From positions 1 to 64,000 of IMG/VR virus record IMGVR_UViG_3300036945_000814: 64,000 nt of DNA, one strand, 5' to 3'. Shown piece after piece: positions 36,812-46,664 of this stretch. The notes under the pieces are model-generated. The model was not told the origin of the DNA. It did no database searches and worked only from the letters and a program-made list of their open reading frames with translations. Source of the DNA: a virus. Made by a program: the position numbers and the translations under genes. How positions within the stretch are numbered: position 1 is the stretch's first letter; every line of letters starts with the position of its first letter.

Positions 36812-37912
36812 ATGACGCTCCCCTCCAAAGCCGAAGCCGAAGACTTTTTCTCGCAGCTCCGTCGCTTTTCCAAGCGGCTCGTGAACAAGGCGCTCCCCGG
36901 CACCGCCGACAGCAGCCCGAACATGAAGCCGTACAGCAAGGGCAAGCCCAAGGGCGCGATCCTGCACTACACGGCGTCGGGCAACTGGCAGAGCCCGGTC
37001 AAGTGGTTCAACGACTTCAAGGTGTGCAGCGCCCACGTCGTCGTCGCCCACAACCTCGACCCCATCGCCGCCGGCCTCGCCGATGACCTTCCGCTCGTGA
37101 AGGCGCTCCCCGTCACCGTGATCCAATGCATCGACCCGCGGCAGGCCGCATGGCACGCGACGTGGGCCAACGGCCTCTGCTACGGCATCGAGAACCGAAA
37201 CGCCGGGCTCGTGAAGCGCGACAACCCGAGCGCCCCATGGCGACACTGGCCGCCAGCGAAGGGCAACCCCGACGAATGGACCTCGCTTGCCCCCAAGACC
37301 GGCCAAGGCTACGTCGCGACCTCCGACACCCTCGGCTACGAGCCCTACAGCAAGGCGCAGCTCGCCGCGAACGTCATCCTGCTCCGCTACGTCGGCGCCC
37401 TCGGCGGCGCCGCCCTTGAGCCCCATTGGGTGCTTCCTCACAGCGCCGTGCAGGGCAACAAGTACGACACCGGCCCGCTCTTTCCGATCCATGAGATCCG
37501 CCGTCTCGCGTGCATCGACACGGCCGCCGATCCCATGACCGCCCTCGAAACCATCGAGCCCGACGAGGCCACGTCCGGCGACGACCTCGACATCCCGCCG
37601 ACGGGTGAGCACCTTGAGCAAGCACCCTTGCAGGAGCGCGAGGCCATCGAAGCCGCCATCGCAGGGCTCGCCGTCGTCGAGGCCCACATCCCGAACAAGC
37701 CGCACGCCTTCGCCCACCTCGTGCGGCCGAGCCTCGACAAGCTCGGGTTCTTCGTCCCCTCACCGCCCGATCCCCGCGTCGTCGACGTGTGGCTGCGTCG
37801 CGCGCTTTGGATCTTTCAGACCGGCATCAAGATCGAAGCGACGTGCGTGCCCGATGACGTCACACGCGCCAAGCTCGCCGAGCGGCTGGCGACGCTTGGC
37901 CTCCCCGCGTGA
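36812..37912 (+). CDS. N-acetylmuramoyl-L-alanine amidase (endolysin) with C-terminal peptidoglycan-binding-like domain
   Basis: ILHYTA, SAH, AWHA, GIE, PHSAV..NKYDTG; RALWIFQ...TCVPDDVT; TATGCT -10 lies 6 nt before the ATG. Confidence 0.85.
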   Translation: MTLPSKAEAEDFFSQLRRFSKRLVNKALPGTADSSPNMKPYSKGKPKGAILHYTASGNWQSPVKWFNDFKVCSAHVVVAHNLDPIAAGLADDLPLVKALPVTVIQCIDPRQAAWHATWANGLCYGIENRNAGLVKRDNPSAPWRHWPPAKGNPDEWTSLAPKTGQGYVATSDTLGYEPYSKAQLAANVILLRYVGALGGAALEPHWVLPHSAVQGNKYDTGPLFPIHEIRRLACIDTAADPMTALETIEPDEATSGDDLDIPPTGEHLEQAPLQEREAIEAAIAGLAVVEAHIPNKPHAFAHLVRPSLDKLGFFVPSPPDPRVVDVWLRRALWIFQTGIKIEATCVPDDVTRAKLAERLATLGLPA

Positions 37913-39600
37913 GCGCCCCCGTCGACCTCGAAGCGATGTCACCGGCCGACGCCAACGCCGTCGAGCTGGCGATGCAGCGCGCGAGCGTTGCCTACTTCGC
38001 TTCCCGCAACCTCTCGGGTCCGCCGGAGGCGCCCTACAACGGGCGTTTCATCGTCGGCGACCACCACCTTGAATGGGATGAGCTTGCGACTTCGGATCGC
38101 GTCTGCGTGCTTGCCCCGCGCGATCACGGCAAGTCGTTTTTCTGGAACAAGGCTTTCCCGATCTGGAAAGCAGCCTTCGGACTGCCGGGGCAGATCGGCT
38201 ACATTTTCTCGGTCAATCAGGACAAAGCCAACGAAATGCTCCAGATTCTCGTCGAGGAGCTGACAGGCAATCCGCGGCTCGCGTGGCTCACCCCCGTCGA
38301 TTGGGAACGACGGTGGAGCAAGCGCCGCATCCGCCTCACCACCGGCGTCGAGATCCGTGCAAGAGGCTTCGGCGTCAAGGTCCGCGGCGGCCATCCACAT
38401 TGGATCGTCAACGACGACATCCTGAGCGACGAGAACATTTACAGCGAGACGATCCGCAACAAGGCGATCGACTACTACCTGTCCGCCATCACGAACATGG
38501 TCGTGCCCGGCGGCCAGATCGCGACCATCGGCACGCCGATGCACCAAGCCGACCTCTACGCGCACCTCCGCGACAGCGGCCGATACAAAATGTGGGAGAA
38601 GCCCGCGCTCGATCGCGTGACGGGCAAGGCGCTGTGGCCCGCCCGCTACAACGAGGCCCTGCTCGCCGACCGCAAGCAGGAGATCGGCTCCGTCCGGTTC
38701 ACGCGCGAGTTCCTTGTGCGGCCCATGTCCGACGACATGAGCTTGTTCCCGTCGTACCTCTTCGACGGCGAGCCCTTCCGCCAGCGCAACGTGAAGATGG
38801 GGATGCCCCTCGGGTTCTGGCAGGCCCTTGGGATCCGCTGCTACATCGGCGTCGACATCGCACTGAGCGCCGAGACGGGCGCCGACTATCTCGTGATCTT
38901 CGTCCTCGGGATCGACGGCGACGGCAACCGCTGGGTCGTGGACATCCACCGCGACAAGGGCGTGCCCTACGCCCGGCAGCTCGACCTCATCGTCGAATAC
39001 AGCCGCCGCTACGACGCCGCCCTCGTGTTCGTCGAGGCCAACCAAGCGCAGCGCGTGTGGGGCGACGAGCTGATCCGCACGACCGACATCCCGATCAAGA
39101 AGTTCACCACGATCGGCAAGGGCGTCGGCGCCGGCAAAACGATGTCGCAGACCGCGAACAAGAACGACCTCGCCAAAGGCGTGCCGTCGTTGCGTCCGCT
39201 GCTCGAAAACAAGAAGTGGCGATGCCCGCAAGGCGACACGCAGTCCGTCGAGAAGGCGCGTATCTGGATCGGCGAAATGAACGCCTTTTCTTGGATCAAC
39301 GGCAAGGTGCAGGGCGTCGGCTCCCACGACGACACCGTCATGGCAGCATGGATCGCAGAGCAGGCCGTGCGCCGCGGCGGGTTCTCGGCGAGCTTCGGAG
39401 ACGGTGAGGGGGAGATCGATCCCCGTGCGCTGGCGAAGCACGCCGAGCGCATCGCCGCTCTTGCCGAGGGCCGCGGGCCAGCGGACAATGGGGCCGCGGC
39501 TTCCGTCAATCCAAGCGGGAGCAGCGGCAACCTCGGCGCGTCTGATATGACTTCGGATCAACAGCTTTGGGCCGCGGTCCCGTTCTACCAGCAAGGGTGA
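37909..39600 (+). CDS. terL: terminase large subunit
   Basis: APRDHGKS Walker A, VRGGHP..IVNDDI, IGTP, LWP, nuclease GVDIA, VEAN, HDDTVMA. Confidence 0.95.
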   Translation: MSAPVDLEAMSPADANAVELAMQRASVAYFASRNLSGPPEAPYNGRFIVGDHHLEWDELATSDRVCVLAPRDHGKSFFWNKAFPIWKAAFGLPGQIGYIFSVNQDKANEMLQILVEELTGNPRLAWLTPVDWERRWSKRRIRLTTGVEIRARGFGVKVRGGHPHWIVNDDILSDENIYSETIRNKAIDYYLSAITNMVVPGGQIATIGTPMHQADLYAHLRDSGRYKMWEKPALDRVTGKALWPARYNEALLADRKQEIGSVRFTREFLVRPMSDDMSLFPSYLFDGEPFRQRNVKMGMPLGFWQALGIRCYIGVDIALSAETGADYLVIFVLGIDGDGNRWVVDIHRDKGVPYARQLDLIVEYSRRYDAALVFVEANQAQRVWGDELIRTTDIPIKKFTTIGKGVGAGKTMSQTANKNDLAKGVPSLRPLLENKKWRCPQGDTQSVEKARIWIGEMNAFSWINGKVQGVGSHDDTVMAAWIAEQAVRRGGFSASFGDGEGEIDPRALAKHAERIAALAEGRGPADNGAAASVNPSGSSGNLGASDMTSDQQLWAAVPFYQQG

Positions 39601-39604
39601 CTCC

Positions 39605-42600
39605 ATGAGCCTGATCCTCGACCTCAAGAAAAGCGCCGCCATCCTGAACGCAGGCGGCGAGGGGCAAGAGAAGCGGTGGACGCGCTATCCGGGCGCCGCC
39701 AGCATGTTCAACGCCCGCGACGCCGAGCACCGCGAGACGCAGCGGCTCATGACGCAGATGCCCACGCCGAAGCTCGCCATCAGCGACGGCAACTTCACGA
39801 GCCCCGACGACGTGGTGAAGGGCCTCGGCTTTGGCGCCACCGACGAGACGTTGTGGGCGCACCGCGTGGCCCGCATGGTCGCCCGCGCGCCGAGCGAAAT
39901 GGCGCTGCGCAAGGCTGTCGTCGGCGACCTCCGCGGCGAGGCCCTTGAGCCCCCGCTGCGCGCCGAGCTTGGCCGCCGCATCCTCTCGCTGTACCGGCAG
40001 AGCGCCGGCGGCAAGCCGCTTGAGAAGGGCTTTCCGCCGAAGAAGGGCGCTCCGCCCGCCGGCGGCCGCCCGCCCATGATGGGCGCCCCCGACGAAGACG
40101 AGGGCAACAGCGCCGGCGGCGACGGCGCCGCCGGTCCCGCCCCGATGCCGAAGCCCGCGATGAAGCCGGGCGGCCCGATGGGCAAGCCCGCCTCTCTCGG
40201 CGGCAAGCCCGGCGAGGCCCCCGGCGGCGTCGGCCGCAACCCCGCCGTCGACGCCGCGGAGCTGACCGAGCTGCCCGACGACAAGAGCCTGTTGCAGAAC
40301 AAGATCCATGCGCTGCACGAAGACCTCAAGAGCTGCCAAGGCCCGATCACCGGCAACGCCGCGCTGATCCACATGCACAACGACATCAAGGCGCAGATGC
40401 GCGCCGCCTACCGCGATCCGAACCCCGAGATCGTGAGCGACATCGATCACAAGATCCATCACTTCAAGAAGATGCTCGAAGGCCCGCCCCCGCCCGAGGT
40501 CGACCCCAACGACCCCAACGCGCAGGGCGACCCCGGCGCCGGTGGCTACGGCGACCGTGGCGGCCCGCCCAAGCCCGGAGCGATGGCCGGATCCCCGCCC
40601 TCCGGCCGGCAGCCCGGCAAGCGCCCTCCGCCGCCGCCCATGATGGGCAAGAGCGAGCGCGCCAAGGGCGCCCGAAAAGGAGGGCCACCCCGCCCTTTTG
40701 ACCTTGGCCGCCGCGCGATTGCCGCGGCGGCCTTCGACGACTTCTGCAAGGGCGCCGGACACAAGTACCTGCGGCGCCTGCCGACGGGGAAGGCGAAGCC
40801 GCGCTATCGCTACATCTACAACGCCGCCAAGGCCGTCGACACCAAGGCGCGCCCGAGCGTCGGCGAGAAGATCAAGGTCGATCACAACGGACAGGCCGGT
40901 CACTACGAGGTGAAGCGCGTCATGCGCTCCGGGCAGGTCGAGATCCATCACGACGAGACGGGTCACCGCATGGTGATCCACCGATCCAAGCTGCACGACC
41001 TCGTGCGCGACGTCCACGCACCCGCCAAGCTCGACCGCCAGCTCGAAAACCAACGCCTCGACGAAGCGCACCGCAAGGTCGACATGCTTCCCCGATCCAA
41101 GCAGGGCGTGCTCGACAGTATCAAGGCCGCGAGCGGCATCGACGACCACGACCTCGCACAAGCCGACGCGGCCTACGCCGCGTGGAAGGGCCGCGGCCGC
41201 AAAGGCCCGAAGCCGACGCGCGCTGGCAAGGGCGGCGAGCTTGACTCGTTCTCCGGCGACCTCAAGCGCGGCAAGCACTACTCGTCGCTGCTCGAAGCGT
41301 TCGAGGTCGCCACCAAGGGCGCAAAGACGTGGCGCGACATCGCGCCCGTGATCCAACAGCTCCGCGAGGTGCCGGGATTCGAGAACGCGCACCTTCCCGA
41401 AGACGCCTTGCTGCGGCACGCGATGCAGGACCGGGAGCGCGAAGACGCCCCCGACACGCGCCGCGTGGACCCCGAGACGTATGGATCGACGCTGTCGAAC
41501 ACCGTCGATGACGGCGGCTTTGACTGGACGAGCGGCGAGCAGCACCCGGCCCTGTCCACGCCCTCGCAGCTCAAGGCGGCGAAGAAGCGCGCCGCAGCAG
41601 CGAAGAAGGCCGGCAAGGCCGCCGAGCCCGTCGCCCCGCCGCGCGAGGCCCCCGCCGTCGCCGACGACGAGCCCTACACGCCGTCGGACCCCGACGCCCC
41701 CGGCGCGGACAGTGGCGAGCCCGAGCCCGCCGGCGATGTTTCTTTCGACTTCGGCGCCAGCGCGCCCGACGAGCCCGATGAGTGGGGAACCGATATGTGG
41801 CGATCCGACGTGAACCTTGTCCTCGATCTGCGCAAGGCCGCGGACATTTTCGACGGCGTCTCCAAAGAGGAAGCGCGTGGCCTCGCCCGTGCGCTCAACG
41901 TCGACATGGGGAAGATCGATCTCGCACAGTGGAAGCGGGGCATCGCGCATGAGCGCGAGCACTCCGACCTCACCCGCGACCCCGTCAAGATCGCGCGCAT
42001 CGCTCTCGCCCACCTCAAAGAAGATCCATCGTACTACGTCAAGCTCGGCAAGATGGAGAAGGCCGACGGCGGCACCGTGACGATGAAGGCCCCCAAGGCG
42101 CCCGCGCCGCCAGCGCCAAAGGCCCCCGCTCCCGCCCCCAAGGCCCCGAGCGCGTCTCCCGCTCCCGCCGCCGCCCCCAAGCCCCCGAGCGCCCCCGCGC
42201 CGTCCGCAGGGGCATCCACGGCCGTCGGCCGGGCACCGAAGCCCCCGAGCGCCAGCGCGCCCCCGCCGCCGTCGGCGAAGCCGACGGCGCCCCCGCCGTC
42301 GAGCGCAGCAGCTCCGACCAAGGCCGGCCCGGCCCCGAGCGAGCCCGCGCACGCCAAGTTCCAAGAGCTGCAAGCCAAGCACGCCGAGGCCCTGTCGTCG
42401 CTCCAAAGCGCGCACGCCGCCATGACCGCGCACGCCGAGAAGCACGGCATCGCCATGCCCTCGTCGAGCGCGCCGCCGACGACGTCGAACGCACCGACGG
42501 CGATCTCGGGCAGCGGCCCGCGCGTCGACCACAGCGTCGCCCGCGGTCCAAGCTCGGCAGCGCCCGCCGCCCCGGCGGCGCACGATGACGACGTGTTCGC

Positions 42601-45600
42601 CCCCATCGGTTCCGGCGGAGGTGCCACCGGCGTCGCCCGCAAGACGCCCGCCCCCGGCAAGCCTGCCGCTGGCAGCGACGGCAGCGAGTTCAAGCACCTT
42701 TCCGGCCCCGTCTCCGGCGAGACGCCCGAGGAGTCGGTGCCCAAGGCCGACGGCATCCTCGCCCACGGCGTCGTCGGTCACACGTCGAGCGGCAAGCAGG
42801 TGTCGCTCGGCATGAACACCGACAAGCTCACGCCGCAGGAGGCGCACGAGGCGTCGTTGCTGCACCGTGACGCGCAGGAGCACTTGCTCAACGCGGCACG
42901 GCACACGGGCAACGCCGAGTACAAGACCGCCGCGCGTGCGCACCTCGACGCCGAGTTTTCGCACGCATCGAGCAGCGTGAGCGCGACCGCTCAAGCCACC
43001 GATCCGACTGAGCAGAAGCCGTGGGCCGGTCCCGGCGGAGGCGGGCCGGGCGCGCGCACCGCGGACGAGCACAAGCAGCAGGCGGCGGCCACGGACGCTG
43101 TCGCCGACAAGCACGAGGCGGCCGGAAACACCAAGCTGGCGACGGTGTACCGCACCGCCGCTGACGCATCACGCAAGGCAGCGGCCTCGGCCCCGGCGAA
43201 GCCCGGCGCGGCGCCTGCGGCGCACGATGACGACGTGTTCGCACCGATGGGATCGGCCACGAAGTCTCTGTCGGCGGTGTGGGATCGGTTGTCCGCGTGG
43301 CACCCGTCGCCCATGTGGGCGGGCGAGGACATCGGCATGAGCTTCGGCCACCTTCTGAGCAAGGCGATGGGCGTCGAGCAGGCCGGGCACAAGTACATCA
43401 AGCGCACAGCCAAGGCCGGCGGCGGGTACGACTACGTCTACGCCGACGAGCCCCACAGCAAGGAAACGCTCAAGGGTGCGCCCATCGGGTCGACCTTGAC
43501 GGCGCTGCACAATGGATCGTCGGCGACGTACACGAAGAAGGGCAAGGACGACTGGCACGGCGCCACCGGCGGCCCGATCTCGTCGGGATGGTTCGTGGGC
43601 AAGCCCGGAATGCTCACGCACGGCCCCGCACACCCCGAGCCCGTCCACGCGCCGGCGCCGGCGCCCGTCGCAGCTCCGCCGGCACCGAAGCCCACGGCCT
43701 CGAAGCCTGCCGGCAAGCCCGTGCAGGGCAGCCTGTTTGACATGCTGACGGCGCCCGCCCCGGCGGCCGAGCGCCCCAACAACTTCGAGACGATGCCCGA
43801 CAAGCCGGCGGCGTCACCGATGGCGGAGGCCGTGAAGGAAGCCGAGAAGCAGCCGGCGACGTTCGAGGTGCAGGCCGCTGCGGCCATCGACGACGCGAAC
43901 GCCGCCGACGACCGCGGCGACGAGGCCGCCCACCGCGAAGCAAGCAAGCGCCTCGCCGAGATCCGATCTGCGGCCGCCGAGGCCGAAAAGCCCGCAGCGC
44001 CCGAGCGCGACCGCCCCAACAACTTCGTCACCATGCCGGATCCCGAGCCCGGCGAGGCCAAGCCGAAGGCGCCGTCGGCCGCCGAGAAGACGAAGCGCGA
44101 GAAGTTCGAGGAAGCCAAGGCCAAGGCCGGCGCAGCCTCACCGATGGCCGAAGCGACGAAGGAAGCCACCAAGCAGCCCGCCGACGTGAGCGGCGCGTGG
44201 AAGCTCACCTACGACGCGGAGGCGGAAGACGCGGAAGAGGCCAAGATCAGCGAGCGCCACGCGAAGTTTCTGGAGGACAAGAAGAAGGCCCTCGCCGTCG
44301 CCGAACGCGCTCAAAAGAGCGCGCAGCACAGCATCGACTACGACAAAGAGCACTTCAAGATGAAGCGCGACGGCGTGCCGTGGGCCGCGAAGCCGACGCA
44401 GCTCAAGTCGCTGCAACTGCGCACCGCAGAGCTGGCGCACGCCAAGATGGATCTTGAGTACTCCACGCAGCGTTTTGCAGGCGCCGCCAAAGAGCGAGCG
44501 GAGCAGCGCGCCACCCGCAAGGCCGCCGCGGAGCGCCATGTGCGTGAAGCCCCGGAGCGCACGAAGGTCGCAGCCGCGGCCCGCGAGCGCATCGCCGCCG
44601 AAGAGGCACGCCAGAAGGCGGCCCGGCTCGTGATGACCGAGTCGACGAAGACCTCCCGCCAGCGCGAGCGCGAGACGGGTGAGCACATCGCCGCTTCGGC
44701 AAAGGACCGCTCAGACGAACGTCGCATGATCACGACGGGCGACCTTGGATCGATGACGTTCTCCGACGCGCACCGTCTCGTGAACAAGCGGAACGCGATG
44801 CCGGTCTACGGCGCCGACGAGTTCCAAGCCAAGGGCGCGAGCCCCGGCGCGGCCCACATGGGCCTCGCGCTGGCGAACCTCATCGCGCCGTCGCCGCCCG
44901 AGGACAGTGACGACGCCCGCCGCCGGTACCTTGAGGGCATCCGCCTCGTGCATGGCGTGCTGGACAGCGCGAACACCGTCGCCGACTACGCCGAGGCGCG
45001 CAAAGAGCTTGCGGCCATGCACAGCGGCGACAACGTCCCGAAGACGGAGATCCATTCAGCCGTCAAAAAGACGGCTGACGAAAAGGCGGCTGACGTCAGA
45101 AAATACCAAGCGGACTACCGCGCTTGGCAGTCCTCCCACAGCGGCACTCGCCCCGAGTCGCCGCAGGACTATCACGGCATCACCACCTACCCCGGAAACT
45201 ACATCCGCGAGGTGTTGACGCCCCGTGTGAAGGCGCAAGATCCAGACCTTGAGGTCGGCTACGAGTACGTCGATTCTGGCGGCGCCGGTGAGCGTCTGTC
45301 GTTCTTCACCTATTCCAAGTCGAGGAAAGAGGCGATGCGCAAGACCATCGACGCCCTCGGCAAGAGGTTCGTCGATCATGTGGTCGGCGACGGGAAGGTC
45401 TGGAACGACGCGAAGGCCAAGGCGCAGGAAGCCGAAGACATGGGCCTTGCCGGGTGGGATCACCTCGACAAGACCGACGAGGAAAAGGCACGAGCGCGGG
45501 AAGCCACCAAAGCCGAGAAGGCGAAGCTGGCGGAGAACGAGAGTGGCAGCGGCAAGGAAACCAAGCTCCGCTGGCGCCGGTCGATCTCGAAAAAGCCCGC

Positions 45601-46618
45601 CGTGATCGGCGCCAAGGTCACGATCACAGACTCGGACCCCGAGCGGTTCCGCAAGACCTTCAACTTCCGTGGCGAGCAGCCCGGCGAGGCCATCCCCGAC
45701 GCCGAGCTGAATCACCACCGCAAGTACGCCGAAATGGCGTTCCACGACCTCGCCGACGTGCTCGGCATCGAGCCCCGGCAGGTGTCGATGAACGGTCGGC
45801 TCGCGATGGCGTTTGCCGCGCGCGGCAAGGGCGGAGCGATGGCCCACTATGAGCCGGCGGAAAAGGTCATCAACGTCACCCGGTTCGCAGGTGCCGGTAC
45901 CGTCGCCCACGAGTGGGGGCACTTCATGGACAACATCGTCGCCGAGCTGCACCGAGGTGGGTCCACCAAGAGCGCCGTGTACGCATCCGCGGGTGAGGGC
46001 GAGGGGATGCCGGCGGAGCTTGCCGCGGCCTACGCGAAGTTCAACGCCGCGCTGAAAGAGCCGAACCCCAAGACGATCGAACGCTTGAAGAAGGATCACG
46101 CCGACCTCGACAAAGAGTACGAGGACACGCGGAAAATGCTGAGAGAACACCCCGCGAACACGAGGGCCGACAAGACACCCGAGCAGCGCAAGGCCGACGT
46201 GGACAGCTACAACGTGATCGTCAAGAACCTTGGGCACATTTCCACGCAGCAAAAGCTCATCCAAAACTTCCTGCGCAACCCGACGTCGGACTACATGCAC
46301 GACGCCATCGGCCGCGACGGCGGAAGGCGCGGCAAGTATTGGTCGAACCCGCAGGAGCTTTTCGCCCGCGCCTTTGAGAGTCATGTGCAGCACAAGCTCG
46401 AAAGCCAAGGCCGGCGCAACAGCTACCTCGTCGACGGCGCTGTCGGCCCCGGCAGCCCCTACCCGCAGGACGATGAGCTGTCGAAGATCCACGGCGCGAT
46501 CGGTGGCATCATCACGGCCATTCACGGCGCCAAGCTCTTCGAGAAGGCCCTCAAGGCGCTATCGTCTGTCCCGCTGACGGCGCGGCGGCGCGGCCCCAAG
46601 CTCGTGATCGCCGCTTAG
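39605..46618 (+). CDS. giant polyvalent protein (2337 aa) with DUF5661-like module and C-terminal LPD1 (HExxH) domain
   Basis: GIAHEREH...IALAHLKEDPSYY (about 41840-42055); AFHDLADVL...LAMAFAARG...AHYEP...AHEWGHFMD...YWSNPQELFARAFE (about 45640-46480). Confidence 0.8.
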   Translation: MSLILDLKKSAAILNAGGEGQEKRWTRYPGAASMFNARDAEHRETQRLMTQMPTPKLAISDGNFTSPDDVVKGLGFGATDETLWAHRVARMVARAPSEMALRKAVVGDLRGEALEPPLRAELGRRILSLYRQSAGGKPLEKGFPPKKGAPPAGGRPPMMGAPDEDEGNSAGGDGAAGPAPMPKPAMKPGGPMGKPASLGGKPGEAPGGVGRNPAVDAAELTELPDDKSLLQNKIHALHEDLKSCQGPITGNAALIHMHNDIKAQMRAAYRDPNPEIVSDIDHKIHHFKKMLEGPPPPEVDPNDPNAQGDPGAGGYGDRGGPPKPGAMAGSPPSGRQPGKRPPPPPMMGKSERAKGARKGGPPRPFDLGRRAIAAAAFDDFCKGAGHKYLRRLPTGKAKPRYRYIYNAAKAVDTKARPSVGEKIKVDHNGQAGHYEVKRVMRSGQVEIHHDETGHRMVIHRSKLHDLVRDVHAPAKLDRQLENQRLDEAHRKVDMLPRSKQGVLDSIKAASGIDDHDLAQADAAYAAWKGRGRKGPKPTRAGKGGELDSFSGDLKRGKHYSSLLEAFEVATKGAKTWRDIAPVIQQLREVPGFENAHLPEDALLRHAMQDREREDAPDTRRVDPETYGSTLSNTVDDGGFDWTSGEQHPALSTPSQLKAAKKRAAAAKKAGKAAEPVAPPREAPAVADDEPYTPSDPDAPGADSGEPEPAGDVSFDFGASAPDEPDEWGTDMWRSDVNLVLDLRKAADIFDGVSKEEARGLARALNVDMGKIDLAQWKRGIAHEREHSDLTRDPVKIARIALAHLKEDPSYYVKLGKMEKADGGTVTMKAPKAPAPPAPKAPAPAPKAPSASPAPAAAPKPPSAPAPSAGASTAVGRAPKPPSASAPPPPSAKPTAPPPSSAAAPTKAGPAPSEPAHAKFQELQAKHAEALSSLQSAHAAMTAHAEKHGIAMPSSSAPPTTSNAPTAISGSGPRVDHSVARGPSSAAPAAPAAHDDDVFAPIGSGGGATGVARKTPAPGKPAAGSDGSEFKHLSGPVSGETPEESVPKADGILAHGVVGHTSSGKQVSLGMNTDKLTPQEAHEASLLHRDAQEHLLNAARHTGNAEYKTAARAHLDAEFSHASSSVSATAQATDPTEQKPWAGPGGGGPGARTADEHKQQAAATDAVADKHEAAGNTKLATVYRTAADASRKAAASAPAKPGAAPAAHDDDVFAPMGSATKSLSAVWDRLSAWHPSPMWAGEDIGMSFGHLLSKAMGVEQAGHKYIKRTAKAGGGYDYVYADEPHSKETLKGAPIGSTLTALHNGSSATYTKKGKDDWHGATGGPISSGWFVGKPGMLTHGPAHPEPVHAPAPAPVAAPPAPKPTASKPAGKPVQGSLFDMLTAPAPAAERPNNFETMPDKPAASPMAEAVKEAEKQPATFEVQAAAAIDDANAADDRGDEAAHREASKRLAEIRSAAAEAEKPAAPERDRPNNFVTMPDPEPGEAKPKAPSAAEKTKREKFEEAKAKAGAASPMAEATKEATKQPADVSGAWKLTYDAEAEDAEEAKISERHAKFLEDKKKALAVAERAQKSAQHSIDYDKEHFKMKRDGVPWAAKPTQLKSLQLRTAELAHAKMDLEYSTQRFAGAAKERAEQRATRKAAAERHVREAPERTKVAAAARERIAAEEARQKAARLVMTESTKTSRQRERETGEHIAASAKDRSDERRMITTGDLGSMTFSDAHRLVNKRNAMPVYGADEFQAKGASPGAAHMGLALANLIAPSPPEDSDDARRRYLEGIRLVHGVLDSANTVADYAEARKELAAMHSGDNVPKTEIHSAVKKTADEKAADVRKYQADYRAWQSSHSGTRPESPQDYHGITTYPGNYIREVLTPRVKAQDPDLEVGYEYVDSGGAGERLSFFTYSKSRKEAMRKTIDALGKRFVDHVVGDGKVWNDAKAKAQEAEDMGLAGWDHLDKTDEEKARAREATKAEKAKLAENESGSGKETKLRWRRSISKKPAVIGAKVTITDSDPERFRKTFNFRGEQPGEAIPDAELNHHRKYAEMAFHDLADVLGIEPRQVSMNGRLAMAFAARGKGGAMAHYEPAEKVINVTRFAGAGTVAHEWGHFMDNIVAELHRGGSTKSAVYASAGEGEGMPAELAAAYAKFNAALKEPNPKTIERLKKDHADLDKEYEDTRKMLREHPANTRADKTPEQRKADVDSYNVIVKNLGHISTQQKLIQNFLRNPTSDYMHDAIGRDGGRRGKYWSNPQELFARAFESHVQHKLESQGRRNSYLVDGAVGPGSPYPQDDELSKIHGAIGGIITAIHGAKLFEKALKALSSVPLTARRRGPKLVIAA

Positions 46619-46620
46619 GC

Positions 46621-46657
46621 GTCTCACGGTTGACACTACGAATGGAGCGCCTACAAT
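46621..46657 (+). promoter_or_regulatory. sigma70-type promoter GTCTCA-nnn-TTGACA-N16-TACAAT
   Basis: Near-consensus; shares the GTCTCA element and 16-bp spacer with the early cassettes. Confidence 0.75.
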
Positions 46658-46664
46658 GGTTCGC

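Noticed and set aside
39506-43114. Long minus-strand ORFs (1202 aa here, also 48822-51269, 5613-7463, 55953-57863 and others)
   Set aside because: Antisense shadows of GC-rich + strand genes; no motifs or SD sequences
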